A stretch of DNA of 64,000 nt from Ginglymostoma cirratum (lineage: Eukaryota): the NCBI GenBank assembly GCA_024137785.1, contig JAHRHZ010000018.1, positions 49,640,565-49,704,564 on the forward strand, in the 5' to 3' direction. The first letter of the stretch is position 1; each line of letters begins with the position of its first letter. Below the pieces are notes generated by a model. That model worked only from the letters and a program-made list of their open reading frames with translations, had not been told where the DNA came from and did not search any database. Shown in pieces: positions 35,851 through 47,130 of this stretch. A program made the translations under genes and the position numbers.

Positions 35851-36657
35851 AAGCCTCTTCTAAGGATGCCTACCCTGAAGAAGTTACCCTCCTCCCTCCG
35901 GACAAACCTCAGGGAATCTCTCTCCCACTGCAACTCTCTCATAACCTCTTCGGCCTTGAAACTGCTCGACCACGTCCTGAAGCAAACCAGGTACTACAGC
36001 CACATCACCTTTCTTCGTACCTGCCTACGGAACCAGATCATCCCCAATGGACTACAATCCACATTCAAGCCTTCCCAATTTGGCCCCAACCGGGACAATA
36101 TCTACATGGGGAACATTGAGACCCTCCAGAAGCGCTTCTCCCTGTGAGTCCTGAAACACACACTTGCAGCAATGCGCCGGCATATCCAGCCACTACAATC
36201 AAGACTCCCCCAGCTCAGAGCCTCCCTCTCCCAGACCTGCAAAGGCAAAATCTCCCCTCCCCCAACCGTATCCCAAAACCAGCCCAGCTCATCTCCACCT
36301 CCCTAACCTGTTTTTCCTCTCACCTCAAGCCACACCCCCATCTCCTATCTACTAACATCATCCCGCCCCCTTGACCTGTCCGTCCTCCCTGGACTGACCT
36401 ATCTCCTCCCTACCCCCCTACCTACATTCACCTTTACTGGCTCCATCCCCGCCTCTTCGACTTGTCGGCCTCCTCTCCACCTATCCTCTCCTCTATCCAT
36501 CCTCTATCCGCCTCCCCCTCTCTCCCTATTTATTTCAGAACCCTCTTCCCCTCCCCCATTTCTGATGAAGGGTTTAGGCCCGAAACGTCAAGTTTTCCTG
36601 CTCCTATGATGCTGCTTGACCTGCTGTGTTCATCCAGCCCCATGCTTGTTATCATAG
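35851..36657 (+). mobile_element. Internally deleted Neptune-like PLE (N-terminal ORF fused to the 3' terminal region)
   Basis: N-terminal peptide MPTLKKLPSSLRTNL...HITFLRTCLRNQIIPNGL joined at ~36246 to sequence nearly identical to 13136-13334. Possible TSD AAGATTTG at 35843-35850 and 36658-36665. Confidence 0.85.
36560..36591 (+). ncRNA. Minimal hammerhead ribozyme in the PLE terminal region, intact core
   Basis: UU-CUGAUGA-A-GGGU-UUAG-GCCC-GAAAC-GUC-AA. Confidence 0.82.
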
Positions 36658-36665
36658 AAGATTTG

Positions 36666-38033
36666 TAGCTCAGGTTGTGGATGAAGTTTTAGACTTGCTC
36701 ACCAAGCCGGTATGTTTAATTGCTGACGTTTTGTCACCCTGCTAGGTAACATCGTCAGTGCGCCTCCAGTGAAGCATTGGTGTTCAGTTCCATTTGTTAT
36801 TTATATGCCTTATTTGCTGGGGTGGTTGACATCACTTCTGGTTCTATTTTTCATTGGTTTGTATATCAGGTCCAGTTCAACGTGTTTGTTGATGGAGTTC
36901 CGGTTGGGATGCCAGGCCTCCAGGAATTCTCTGGCATGTCTCCATTTGGCTTTTGCTATTATGGATGTGTTGTCTCAGTTGAATTCGTGTCCTTCATTGT
37001 CCGTGTGTGTTGAGACCAGGAGGTGAGTTACTCACTGCAGTGTTCCTAGCCTCTGACTTGCTCTTGTAGCTCTGCATTTATGTGGCGAACCAAGTCAATT
37101 TCTGGTAAATGGTAGCTCCCAAGATATTGATAATGGTGGATTTAGTGAGGGTAATGCATTGAATGAGGTTGTAGTGAGAATTAGTTGTGTTTCTTGGTGC
37201 CTGGTTGGTGTTTGTATATCCTTAATGTCAGTTTTCTTCCAGTTTGGCCTATGTAATGTGTCTCACAGTCCTTGCATGGTATTTTGTATATTGTATCAGT
37301 TTTATTGGTTGTGGGTATGGGATCCTTTACGTTCATCAGTAGCTGTCACAGGGTGGTTTTTGGATACCCAAAAAAGCACAATCCGCCATTACCTCTGCAG
37401 CAGACAAAAACAGGAAGACACAACACGGCCAGACGCACTAGTCAACCTACCATGCACCAGAGACATATCAGAGATGACCACAAGACTACTCAGACCCCTA
37501 GGTATCAGGGTAACCCACAAACCAACAACCAACCTGCGACAGATACTGACGAACGTAAAGGATCCCATACCCACAACCAATGAAACAGACATAACATACA
37601 AAATACCACGTAATGACTGTAAAAACATTACGTAGGCCAAACTGGAAGAAAACTGACAATAAGGATACACAAACACCAACTAGCCACCAAGAAACACGAT
37701 CAATTCTCATAGCCGCAATACACAGACAAAGATGGACACGAATTCAACTAGGACAACACATCCATAATAGCACAAGCCAAACAGAGACATGCCAGGGAAT
37801 TCCTGGAGGCCTGGTATTCCAATCGGAACTCCATCAACAAACTGGGCCCGATATACAAACCACTGAGAAACAGAACAGGAAGTGATGCCCACCACCCCAG
37901 CAAACTGAGGCAAATAAATAACAAGCGGGACAGAACACCAAGGCTTCACTGGAGTCACACTGATGATGTTATCTAGCAGGGTGACACAACGTCTGCAACC
38001 AAACTCACCGACTTGGTGAGCATGTCTACAACT
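36666..38033. mobile_element. Inverted pair of Penelope/Poseidon-type PLE 3' halves (minus copy ~36666-37352, plus copy ~37355-38033), each with a degenerate HHR
   Basis: The plus copy encodes, across frameshifts, YKIPRNDC..YVGQTGRKLTIRIHKHQLATKKHD and HAREFLEAWYSNRNSINK (GIY-YIG). HHR motifs at 36723-36760 (minus, CUGACGA..AAAACGUC) and 37960-37994 (plus, CUGAUGA..ACAACGUC). Confidence 0.85.
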
Positions 38034-41000
38034 CATTCAATGCATTACCCTCACGAAATCCACCATTATCAATATCTTGGGAGCTACCATTTACTAGAAA
38101 TTGACTTGGCTCACCACATAAATGCAGAGTTACAAGAGCAGGTCAGAGGTTAGAAACGCTGCAGTGAGTAACTCACCTCCTGACTCGAAGAGTCTGTCCA
38201 CCATCTACAAGGCACAAGTCAGGAGTGTGATGGAATACTTCCCACTTGCCTGGATGAGTGCAGCTCCAACAAAATGAAGCTTGACACTAACCAGAACAAA
38301 GCACCAACCTTGATTAGCACCATATCCAAAAGCATCCACTCCCTCCACTCAGTAGAAACAGATGCATCATCTACGAGATGCACAGCAGAAATTCACCAAG
38401 GTTCCTTAAACAAAACCTTCCAAATCCAATACTGCTTCCATCTGGTAAGACAAGGGGAATTGATCAATGACAACACCCCTACCCAACAACCTACTGACTA
38501 TCTTGACTTGGAATCATAAGGCCATTCCTTCAGTGTCACTGGGTCAAAATCCTGGAACTCCCTCCATTAAAGAATTGAGGGTCTACTACAATAAATGGAC
38601 TGTGGTAAGAGGGAAGCTCACCAGCACTTTCTCAATGGCTGTTAGGGAAGATCAATTAATGCTGGCCAAGACAGCGATGTCCACATCCCATGCATGGTTA
38701 AACATGGTGGAGGAGTTCTGAGATTATGAGAAAGATCATCAAGAAGGCCCATACTTACTCAGGCTAGATTGACTGCCAGAGTTTAACTTTCCTCAGGACA
38801 GGCAAGTTTCTGACATATTGCACATTGTTATACTTAAGCACAAAGAAAAAGCACCAAAATACAGGTTCAATCAGGCATTAATGAGTTTGATATTGCGTTA
38901 TTACTTAGCTGGGGTAAGGGTGGCAGAGGTGACCATGATCATTAATCTATTTGTAAAGTTATCCTTCAACCGAAAAAGTCTGGGAAAAACAGGTCAACAC
39001 TGAAGGTGTTCCCCTTATCAACTGTGTTTTCATGCGGAGTGGGCAGTGAAAGTTGGCAATGAGGGAATGGCAACTCATCCCAGGAATTTATCCATTCTTT
39101 CACCCAATGCCTGGAAATAGCACCATTCCTTGCCTACGTGGGCAGCACTTCCTATGAGCCAAGGATTGTGTCTAGCAGCTTCTCCTTGGCTCAAATGAAA
39201 AAGTCATCAGAGTAGGCATGACCAGGCCAAAGTTACTGGGAACAGGGAAAAATGTTCTGAGAAGAAACAGATGCCTGAAGCATCAAAGCGTCTTACATAA
39301 GGATGAGCAACAAAAACCGTGTGAAATTCCTCTCTAGGATAGAGCTAATATGTGCTAAATCTGTTTTAGTGTGAAATGATTTAGCTGGGAGTAAATACTT
39401 TCAAAATCTTGCCCATTCTGCTGAAACTCTCCTGGGTAGTAAATTGGTTTAATGCACAAATCCAATATTAACTTATTTTCTCTTAAGGGCTTATTAACAC
39501 CAATTATGCTCAAACACGTAAACATGTTCATGCTTGCCTGCCAGCTATAGCATGTCAATGGTGCTTACTGTATGGGTGGTTACACAGTAAAAAGAGTTAA
39601 CAGAGGTCTAGACTGGACCATAGGGAAGAGTATGAAGAATGATTTAACTGTTCCAGTCTACAAAATATTATGGGCTTCTTCCCGTAAATTGGCAAAGCCC
39701 AGTGCAGTTTACACTGTCTCTGGGCTGGCAGCTCTTTCAAGTTCTGATAGTGCTGAATATCATCTTGAAACTCATTGCGGCTGGAGTTATAAAATATTAG
39801 ATTTGATTAAAGTAACGTGTATTTATGTAGCACCTTCGATGCAAAAATGTGTCATTGGTGCCTGGGGACAGGGGGGAGATGTAAATCTAATTAACAGAGC
39901 AGATGATAACCAATCACTTTCCTGCCTCTATCCCAAATAGGTTTATGGAGGTGGAGACCTTCCTGCCCTCTGTCAATTGATGAAGTGGTCAAGGAGCTTC
40001 CTGGACTCAGCTTAGAAACCTTCCTATGTTTCACCTTAGCCCATTGTCATGTGACTTAACTGGCTGCTGTCCTAGTGAGCTATGAGTTGTGGAGTCTTTG
40101 TTGGCCCAATGTTGATGAGCTGTCCCTCATCACCAGCTCAGGAAAGCATCTAGCAATGCACTGTTAGTGAGACCCAACTGTTAGACTGGGCCAGGTCTCT
40201 CATTGGAGCTTTCCAGTTGTTAGACTGCTCAACCCAAAAGCTTCCTCTCCAGGAGTTGAAATCCTGCCATTACAATTCTCAAAATGAAAGCACTTTTCAA
40301 AGTGCATTCTCCCTATTAAATGAGAAGGAATTAATGCAATCTTCCTCTGTTCCATGCTCAAGCAAGAAACCTAAGTATTCATTGCCAGAACTATGGAGCT
40401 CTTGCACAGAAATATGACATTCAACTCCATCTAACTTATTAGTGAAACTGCTCTTAGAAAATTGCATTTTATTGATTAGTGATTAACTGAGCAAAATGTT
40501 CTTTTAATCTTACTTTTTGTTTGAGATATTCTGCATTCTTTGCAGATTTTCCCTGCATCATGCTGCAGTCCCTAGATGGTTCCGTACTCATTAGCACAAC
40601 TGCTGATCCTCTCTAGATCCCTTTGAATTCTAACAGCCTCCAATAAGCAGGCAAACTGGAAGAATTATCCGTCCAAGGACTGCTCCCCAAGGAAAACCAG
40701 TCCGTCACTTTCCCTGGTTCAAATAATGCTCACTTACTGTAGCATTATATTACTCTAACTGACACATCCAGTAGATCAGAAAAGCCAAAAATAGATGTAG
40801 ATGCCAATGTCTTATGTAACAGTGAATTGAATGAGAACCCTTATTCCTTTACTTACCTTAATTGTAAAAGACAAATCAGAACCTAACACTATAAAGAAAT
40901 GGATACAGCTCCCCAAGCATTAAATGAATACGGGGTCTGGTCTTATCATTTCTCTCTCCTGCCTTAACAAGTGGCCTTGATTTTAACTGGCCTCCCCACG

Positions 41001-41806
41001 CCCACCAAATGGGTGAACAATTAAAATCAAGAGGGAAATGTGCACTCACCTTTTCCGAATGCAGTTTTAAATTGCAAATTGCAGGGACAACCACCCTAAA
41101 TTGGCAGGGTCCTCTTTAAATAAATCATTTGCATTGCAATCATGTTGTCAGGGCCTGGTCTGTCATTTTAATCTGTGATTTGAGTGGAGGAACTATGGTC
41201 ACACTTCTAGCAGGTATGACTGGCTGGGTACAGAAAGAAGTATGTTGTTACCTTTTGCTTCAGTTTTGTTATGAAGCAGGAGGAGCCAAAGAAATCCTCT
41301 CAGTTCCAGAGGCAATCCCAGACTCTCTTACGAGAGCTCTCTGTTAAGTTTCCTGAGGCTGAAGTCTGGCCGTGCACGTCCCAGTTGGCCACCTCAAGAA
41401 GCATATATTCTTGTTGCCACTTCCAGCCAAGTTAGTGATTGCTACTGGGATTGGACTAAAGTCAGGTCTCCACTATATGGAGTGAACTGCTAATTTGAAA
41501 TGTTGATGAGGCTACCTGTCAATTAACTTTGGCCAGGCAAACCACCAAGCGTGGCTCAGTAGCAGCACTACTGATTGAGCTGATTCAGTTCTAAAGGACG
41601 TAGCTGCAGGATTGGGTCTGTGGCAGGTGGTGAGGAGGTCAACTGGAGGGAAAAATGTACTTGACGTCATTCTGTCCAATCTGCCTGCCACAGATGCATC
41701 TGTCTATGACAGTATTAATAATATTGACTACCACACAGGCCTTGTGGAGACTAAGTCCCACCTTCACTTTGTGAATGTCTTACATTGTGTTGTGTGGCAT
41801 TATCTT

Positions 41807-42440
41807 TCAAGATGGTGGCGGCGGAGTAAGCAGTGTCCCAGCTTAGCCTGGGACTTCATCTTTCCGTCCACTTCTGTTTTTTGTTTCTCTTTTTAATTAT
41901 TAGTGCTTCTTTTTTAACCTACTTTAGCCTGTGAAGAGAGTGGTGGTACTGTGATGGCTGAGGGCTTAGAGCGGGAAGGCCAGCAGTCGGTAGGCCCAAG
42001 CCGAGCAGGGCAGCCAGCGGCCAAAGGGCTGGAGGGGAGCAGCCAGTGGGCTTGGGACTCAGAGGGTTTGGCTGTGGGCTGGGGCTTGATGCAATCAGCC
42101 TGTCAGATGTCAAGCCTGGCAGTGTGGGGAGAGTGAGACCACTTTTGGAAAGCCCACAGCATTGATAGACTGCAGGCTATAGAAGGACTGTAACATTTAT
42201 CTTTTAACTTTATCTTCCTCACTTATGCTATGAAGAACTGTAACTTAGAACTTTTATCTTTTGTCTTTATTTCCCGATTTTTGTACCCAATCTATTTTAG
42301 TACCTAAACTCTGTACCTAGGCACCTTGTACCTAAGGTGGCGCCTTGTGTGGCAACTTTGTGCGCATTTCACTGTACTCCTGTATTTTGTACTGAGTACA
42401 AGTGGCAATAAATCTAATTCTAATTCTATCCTATTCTATC
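41807..42440 (+). mobile_element. Non-autonomous Rex1/Babar-like element
   Basis: CAAGATGGTGGCGGCGGAGTA head, no ORF, tail TTTCACTGTACT...GTACAAGTGGCAATAAATCTAATTCTAATTCT resembling the Rex 3' end at 9415-9480. Confidence 0.65.
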
Positions 42441-43074
42441 CCATACTAAATGGGGCAGACTTCAAACAGATTTAGCAACTCAAGATTAGGCATCCATGAG
42501 GTGCTGTGGACAATCAGCAACAGCAAAATTATACTTCAACACAATTTGCGAGCTTGTGACCCGGTTTATCCCCCACTCCACCATCGAAGCAGGGGATCAA
42601 CCCTGGTTCAAAGAAGAGTGCAAGAGGGCATGCCAGGAGCTGCACCAGGCATACCTAAAAATGAGGTATCAACCTGGTGGAGTTACTACATGGATTACTT
42701 GTGTGCCAAACGGCATAAGAAGCAATTGATAGAAATAACGGTTCAGACCTAAGCTCTGCAGTCCTGCCACATGCAGTCATGAATTGCGATGGACAATTAA
42801 ACAATTCACTGAAGGAGGAGGATCCACAAATATCCCCACTCAAAATGCTGGGGAAGCACAGCACATCAGTGCAGAAGACAAGGATGAAGACTTCACAAAA
42901 GCTTTCAGCCAGAAGTGCCAAGTGGATTAACCATCCTGGTCTCCTCCAAAGGCCACCCTCACAGATATTTGTTCAAACATGTACAAAAGTGCTGAATTCC
43001 AGATGTGAGATAAAAGTGACTGCCCTTGATATCGAGGCTATGTTTGATCAAGTATGGTATCAAGGAGTCTTAGC

Positions 43075-44425
43075 TGTCTCGCTAACTTGATTGAGTTTTT
43101 TGAAGAAGTAACAAAGAGGATTGATGAGGACATAATGGAGCACATGATCTTTATGGACTTCAGTAAGGCGTTTGACAAGGTTCTTCATGGTAAACCGGTT
43201 AGCAAGGTTAGACCACATGGAATACAGGGAGAAATAGCCATTTGGATACAGAACTGGCTCGAAGGTAGAAGACAGACGATGGTGGTGGAGGGTTGCTTTC
43301 CAGACTGGAGGCCTGTCACCAGCGGTGCGCCACAAGGATCAGTGCTGGGTCCACTGCTTTTCATCATTTATATAAGCGTTTTCGATGCGAACTTAGGAGG
43401 CATGGTTAGTAAGTTTGCAGATGACAATAAAATTGGAAGTGTAGTGTACAGCAAAGAAGGTCACGTCAGAGTACAACAAGATCAATGGGCCAAGGAGTGG
43501 TAGATGGACATTAATTTAGATAAATGTGAGGTGCTGCATTTTGGAAAGGCAAATCAGGGCAGGACTTATATACTTAATGATAAGGTCCTGGGGAGTGTTG
43601 TGGAAAAAAGAGATTTTGGAGTGCAGGTTCATAGTTCCCTGAAAGTGGAGTCCCAGGTATACAGGGTAATTCTAAGGAAGGGTCACCGGACCCGAAACAT
43701 TAACTCTGATTTCTCTTCACAGATTCTGCCAGACCTGTTGAGCATTTCTGGCAATTTCTGTTTTTGTTAGTGAAGAAGGCTTATGGTATGCTCGCCTTTA
43801 TTCGTCAGTGCATTGAGTAGAGGAGTTGGGAGGTCATGTTGCAGCTGTATGGGACATAGGTTAGGCCACTTTTGAAACACTGCATTCAATTCTGGTCTCC
43901 CTGCTATAGGATAGATGTTGTGAAACTTGAAAGGGTTCAGAAAAGATTTACAAGGATGTTGCCAGACTTGTAGGGTTTGAGCAGGGTTGGAGGGAGAGGC
44001 TGAATAGGCTAGGGCAATTTTCCCTGGAGTGTTGGAGGCTGAGGGGTGACCTTAAAGAGGCTTGTAAAGTCATGAGGAGCATGAATAGGGTAAATAGACA
44101 AGGTCTTCTCCCCAGGGTGGGGGAGACCAAAACTAGAGGGGCATAGGATTAAGGTGAGAGGGGAAAGGTTTAAAAGGGACCTAAGGGGCAACTTTTTCAC
44201 ACAGAGGGTGGTGCCTATATGGAATGAGCTGCCAGATGAAGTGATGGAGGTTGGTACAGTTACAACATTTAAAAGGATGTGTACATGAATAGGAAGAGTT
44301 TAGAGGGATATGGGCCAAATGTTGGCAAATAGGACTAGATTTATTTAGGGTATCTGGTCAGCAAGGACAAGTTGGACCAAAGGGTCTGTTTCCGTGCTGT
44401 ATATCTCTATGACTCTATGACTCTA
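43075..44425 (+). mobile_element. HER1/CR1 LINE RT C-terminal half plus 3' tail
   Basis: NLIEFFEEVTKRIDE, MDFSKAFDKVLHG, VTSGAPQGSVLGPLLF, SKFADDNKIG; tail CTCTATGACTCTATGACTCT. Confidence 0.93.
43669..43768 (+). mobile_element. 100-bp HHR mini-element with a mutated core
   Basis: CTAAGGA-AGGGTC-ACCG-GACCC-GAAAC-ATT...CTGTTTTTGTT. Interrupts the HER1 sequence CAGGGTA|GTGAAGAAGGC; no long TSD. Confidence 0.85.
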
Positions 44426-44965
44426 AGTGGCAGGTGGAGTTTAATTTGGATACATGTGAGCTATTGCATTTTGGTAAAACAAAAAGGGGCAAGACTTATA
44501 CAATTAAAAGTAGGGCCTTGCGTAGTGTTTTAGAACAGAGAAACCTAAGAGTTTGGGTACATAATTCTTTGAAATTTGCATCACAGGTTGACATGGTGGT
44601 GAGGAAGGCATTTAGCACACTTGCCTACGTTGCTCAGACCTATGAGTGTAGGAGTTAGGAAATCTAGTTGAGGTTGTACAGGACATTGGTGAGGCCCCTT
44701 TCGCAGTATTGTGTCCAGTTCTGGTCACTCTGTTATAAGAAGGACATTATTTTAAACTGGAGAGGGTTCAAAAAATAATCACCAGGATGTTGCTGGGAAT
44801 GGAGGGTTTGAGATATAAGGAGAAGCTGGAAAGGCTGATACTTTTTCCACTGGAGTGTAGGAGGTTGAGGGGTGACCTTATAGAGATTTTTAAAATTATG
44901 ATGGTATAGATAAGGTGCATGACAGGTGTCTTTTCCCTATGGTGAGGGATTTCAAGACTAGTGGC
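44426..44965 (+). mobile_element. Second HER1/CR1 subfamily fragment
   Basis: WQVEFNLDTCELLHFGK, LRLYRTLVRP..QYCVQFWS. Confidence 0.85.
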
Positions 44966-47062
44966 CAACAAGAGAGAGTCTAACCATCATCCCTTGACAT
45001 TTAATTTAATGGCATTACCATCACTGAATCCCCAACTCTCAACATTCAGGGAGTTACCATTGACTAGAAACTGAACCAGGCTAGCCATATAAATATAGTT
45101 GCTACAAGAGCAGATCAAAGGCTAGGAATGTTGCAGTGAGTAACTCACTCCTGACTCCCCAAAGCCTGTCCACCATCTACAAAACATAAGTCAGGAGTAT
45201 GATGGAATACTTCCCACTTGCCTGGTTGACTGCAGCTCCAATAACACGCAAACTTGACACCATCCAGGTCAAAGTAACCTGCTTGAACATTCACAACATT
45301 CACTCCCGCTACCGTTGACACTCAGTAGCAGCAGTGTGTAACATCTACAAGAGGCACTGCAGAAATTTACCAAAGATACTTAGACAGCACTTTCCAAACC
45401 CATGACCACCTCCATCTATAAGGACAAGGGCAGCAGATACATTATCATCCCACCACTTTCAACTCTCCATCCAAGCCACCCATCATACTGACTTGTAAAT
45501 ATATTTCCATTCCTCAGCATCCTGGAATTCCATCCCTAGTGTCATTGTGGGTATAGCTACTGTACGTGGACTGGAGCAGTTCAAGAAGAAGTTTACCACC
45601 ACCTTCTTAAAGGCAACTAGGGTTGGGCGATAAATGCTGGCCCAGGCATGACATCCACACTCGATGAATGAGTGAAGTAAAAGTTAGCCCAGGTCTCGGA
45701 GGCTGCAAGGAGGTGTGATGAGTGGTATTCCTCAGCTGCATGTCAACAGTAGCAAGAATGTTTCCTCCACATTCTACAAGCTACCCACTAAATACCTGAC
45801 ACACTTGCTCCCCTCACAAAGCCCATTGAATAACCCAACCATCATCAAGTCTAACAACATCATCTGGCTAATCAGGACACACTCCCTAGCATGAGAGAGT
45901 CTCTATTCAAACTCAGTGAATCTCACCCAAAGTAATTCGACACTCCCACTCTCCCAAGATTCTCTTGTTCCCAAAATTGCTGGTAATCAAGCTCTCTCTG
46001 AGTGGGAATGTGACAGAAAGATTTTTAAATGAGCCCAGCAGTGAAAAACAGCAGAGTATTTGGGAAGCCTATACTTTGGTGTTTCCGAATAACACCGCAG
46101 TGGCTCTTAGCATAGAACCTTACTCTAATATTAAATTCAGCTCTTTATTTTCCATATGTTACTAAAAGTATTGCACACATGGTTAGTTATGCACTGTATA
46201 TTCTGTATCAAAGATAGATTTAATATTTTATGTTTCAGCTGTTTCAATTTAGGTACATGTTTTTGTTCTCTTGTAGGTTTGAATATCAGTGAGAGTAGCT
46301 TATGGTAATTAATTATCTGATCCCAGTAGTCTTGAAAATGCTAGTGAATGCTTTCATATTTCCCAACAGCGTGAAACGTTCTTGGGGTATTTGGATTTAC
46401 TGTAGGATCTTAGAGTCCTTGTATATGAATCATGAAAACTTAGCATTCAAGTTCAGCAAGTAATTAGGAAAGTAAATTGCAAAGGGGGTTGGAATATAAA
46501 AGCACGGAAGACTTAAATGCACGTTTCAGCCACCTTAATTGAGGAAGGACAAACTTACAAAGGAAGCAATAAAGGGAAAGTTCAGTGGGCTGAGGAATTC
46601 CCTTCCTTGGAGAGCTATAGAGGCTTAATCATTGAATACAATCAATGCTGATTGAAATATTTCCTGGGTCTATAAAGAAATCACAATTATGGGGTGTAGG
46701 GGTGAGGGATGTTGTCGTACAACTCGATAAATTGATAGGAAACTAAAGAAACAGATCAAACTGTCATTTATTTGCATGTGTATGCAAGAAGATATAATCT
46801 TGTTCCCATGAAGTGCAAAACCAACTCTGCTGGGATACAGGCATAGCCCAGCTTTATACAAAATATTACAACATTACATATTGCAATTTTCATGTTTCTA
46901 CTGTTTTCCCACAGTTTACATAGCCACTGCCTGTATTTCTCTTGGGGCCAGGGCTATTGTCCTGGTTGCGTGGCTCCTGCACCCCAGCCCACTTTTGTGT
47001 TTCTGTGGTTCTGTTTAGTCTTTCCTATTAAAATGTAACCTTTGACCAGCTGAAACTGACTC

Positions 47063-47130
47063 AAAGATAATAGGTACTGCAGATGCTGGAGAATCCAAGA
47101 TAACAAGGTGTGGAGCTGGATGAACACAGA
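47063..47130 (-). mobile_element. Extreme 3' end of a Neptune-like PLE
   Basis: Reverse complement matches ~13354-13417 (CTGTGTTCATCCAGC...GGATTCTCCAGCATCTGCAGTACCT). Confidence 0.8.

Larger units (their letters stand above)
34088..38700 (+). mobile_element. Near full-length, internally deleted CR1-group LINE B with a tRNA-like 5' head; hosts a SINE (35460-35576) and a PLE composite (35831-38033)
   Basis: The SINE-2-like head runs into an APE-like start (KLGNLSHKLLKQQPDIIIL), then RT relics and the 3' tail near 38640-38700. It is split at TSD CATTCAATGCATT (35818-35830 and 38034-38046). Confidence 0.8.
41560..45675 (+). mobile_element. CR1-group LINE B with nested Rex-type and HER1 insertions
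   Basis: Endonuclease relic GKNVLDVILSNLP..SV.DSI...DYHT.LVE, GDQPWFKEECKRAC, ALDIEAMFDQVWYQG; resumes at ~44968 and runs to the tail CTAGGGTTGGGCGATAAATGCTGG. Confidence 0.8.

Noticed and set aside
40546-40880. Coding-looking stretch after a TTTGCAG acceptor
   Set aside because: Three in-frame stops and no recognisable homology.
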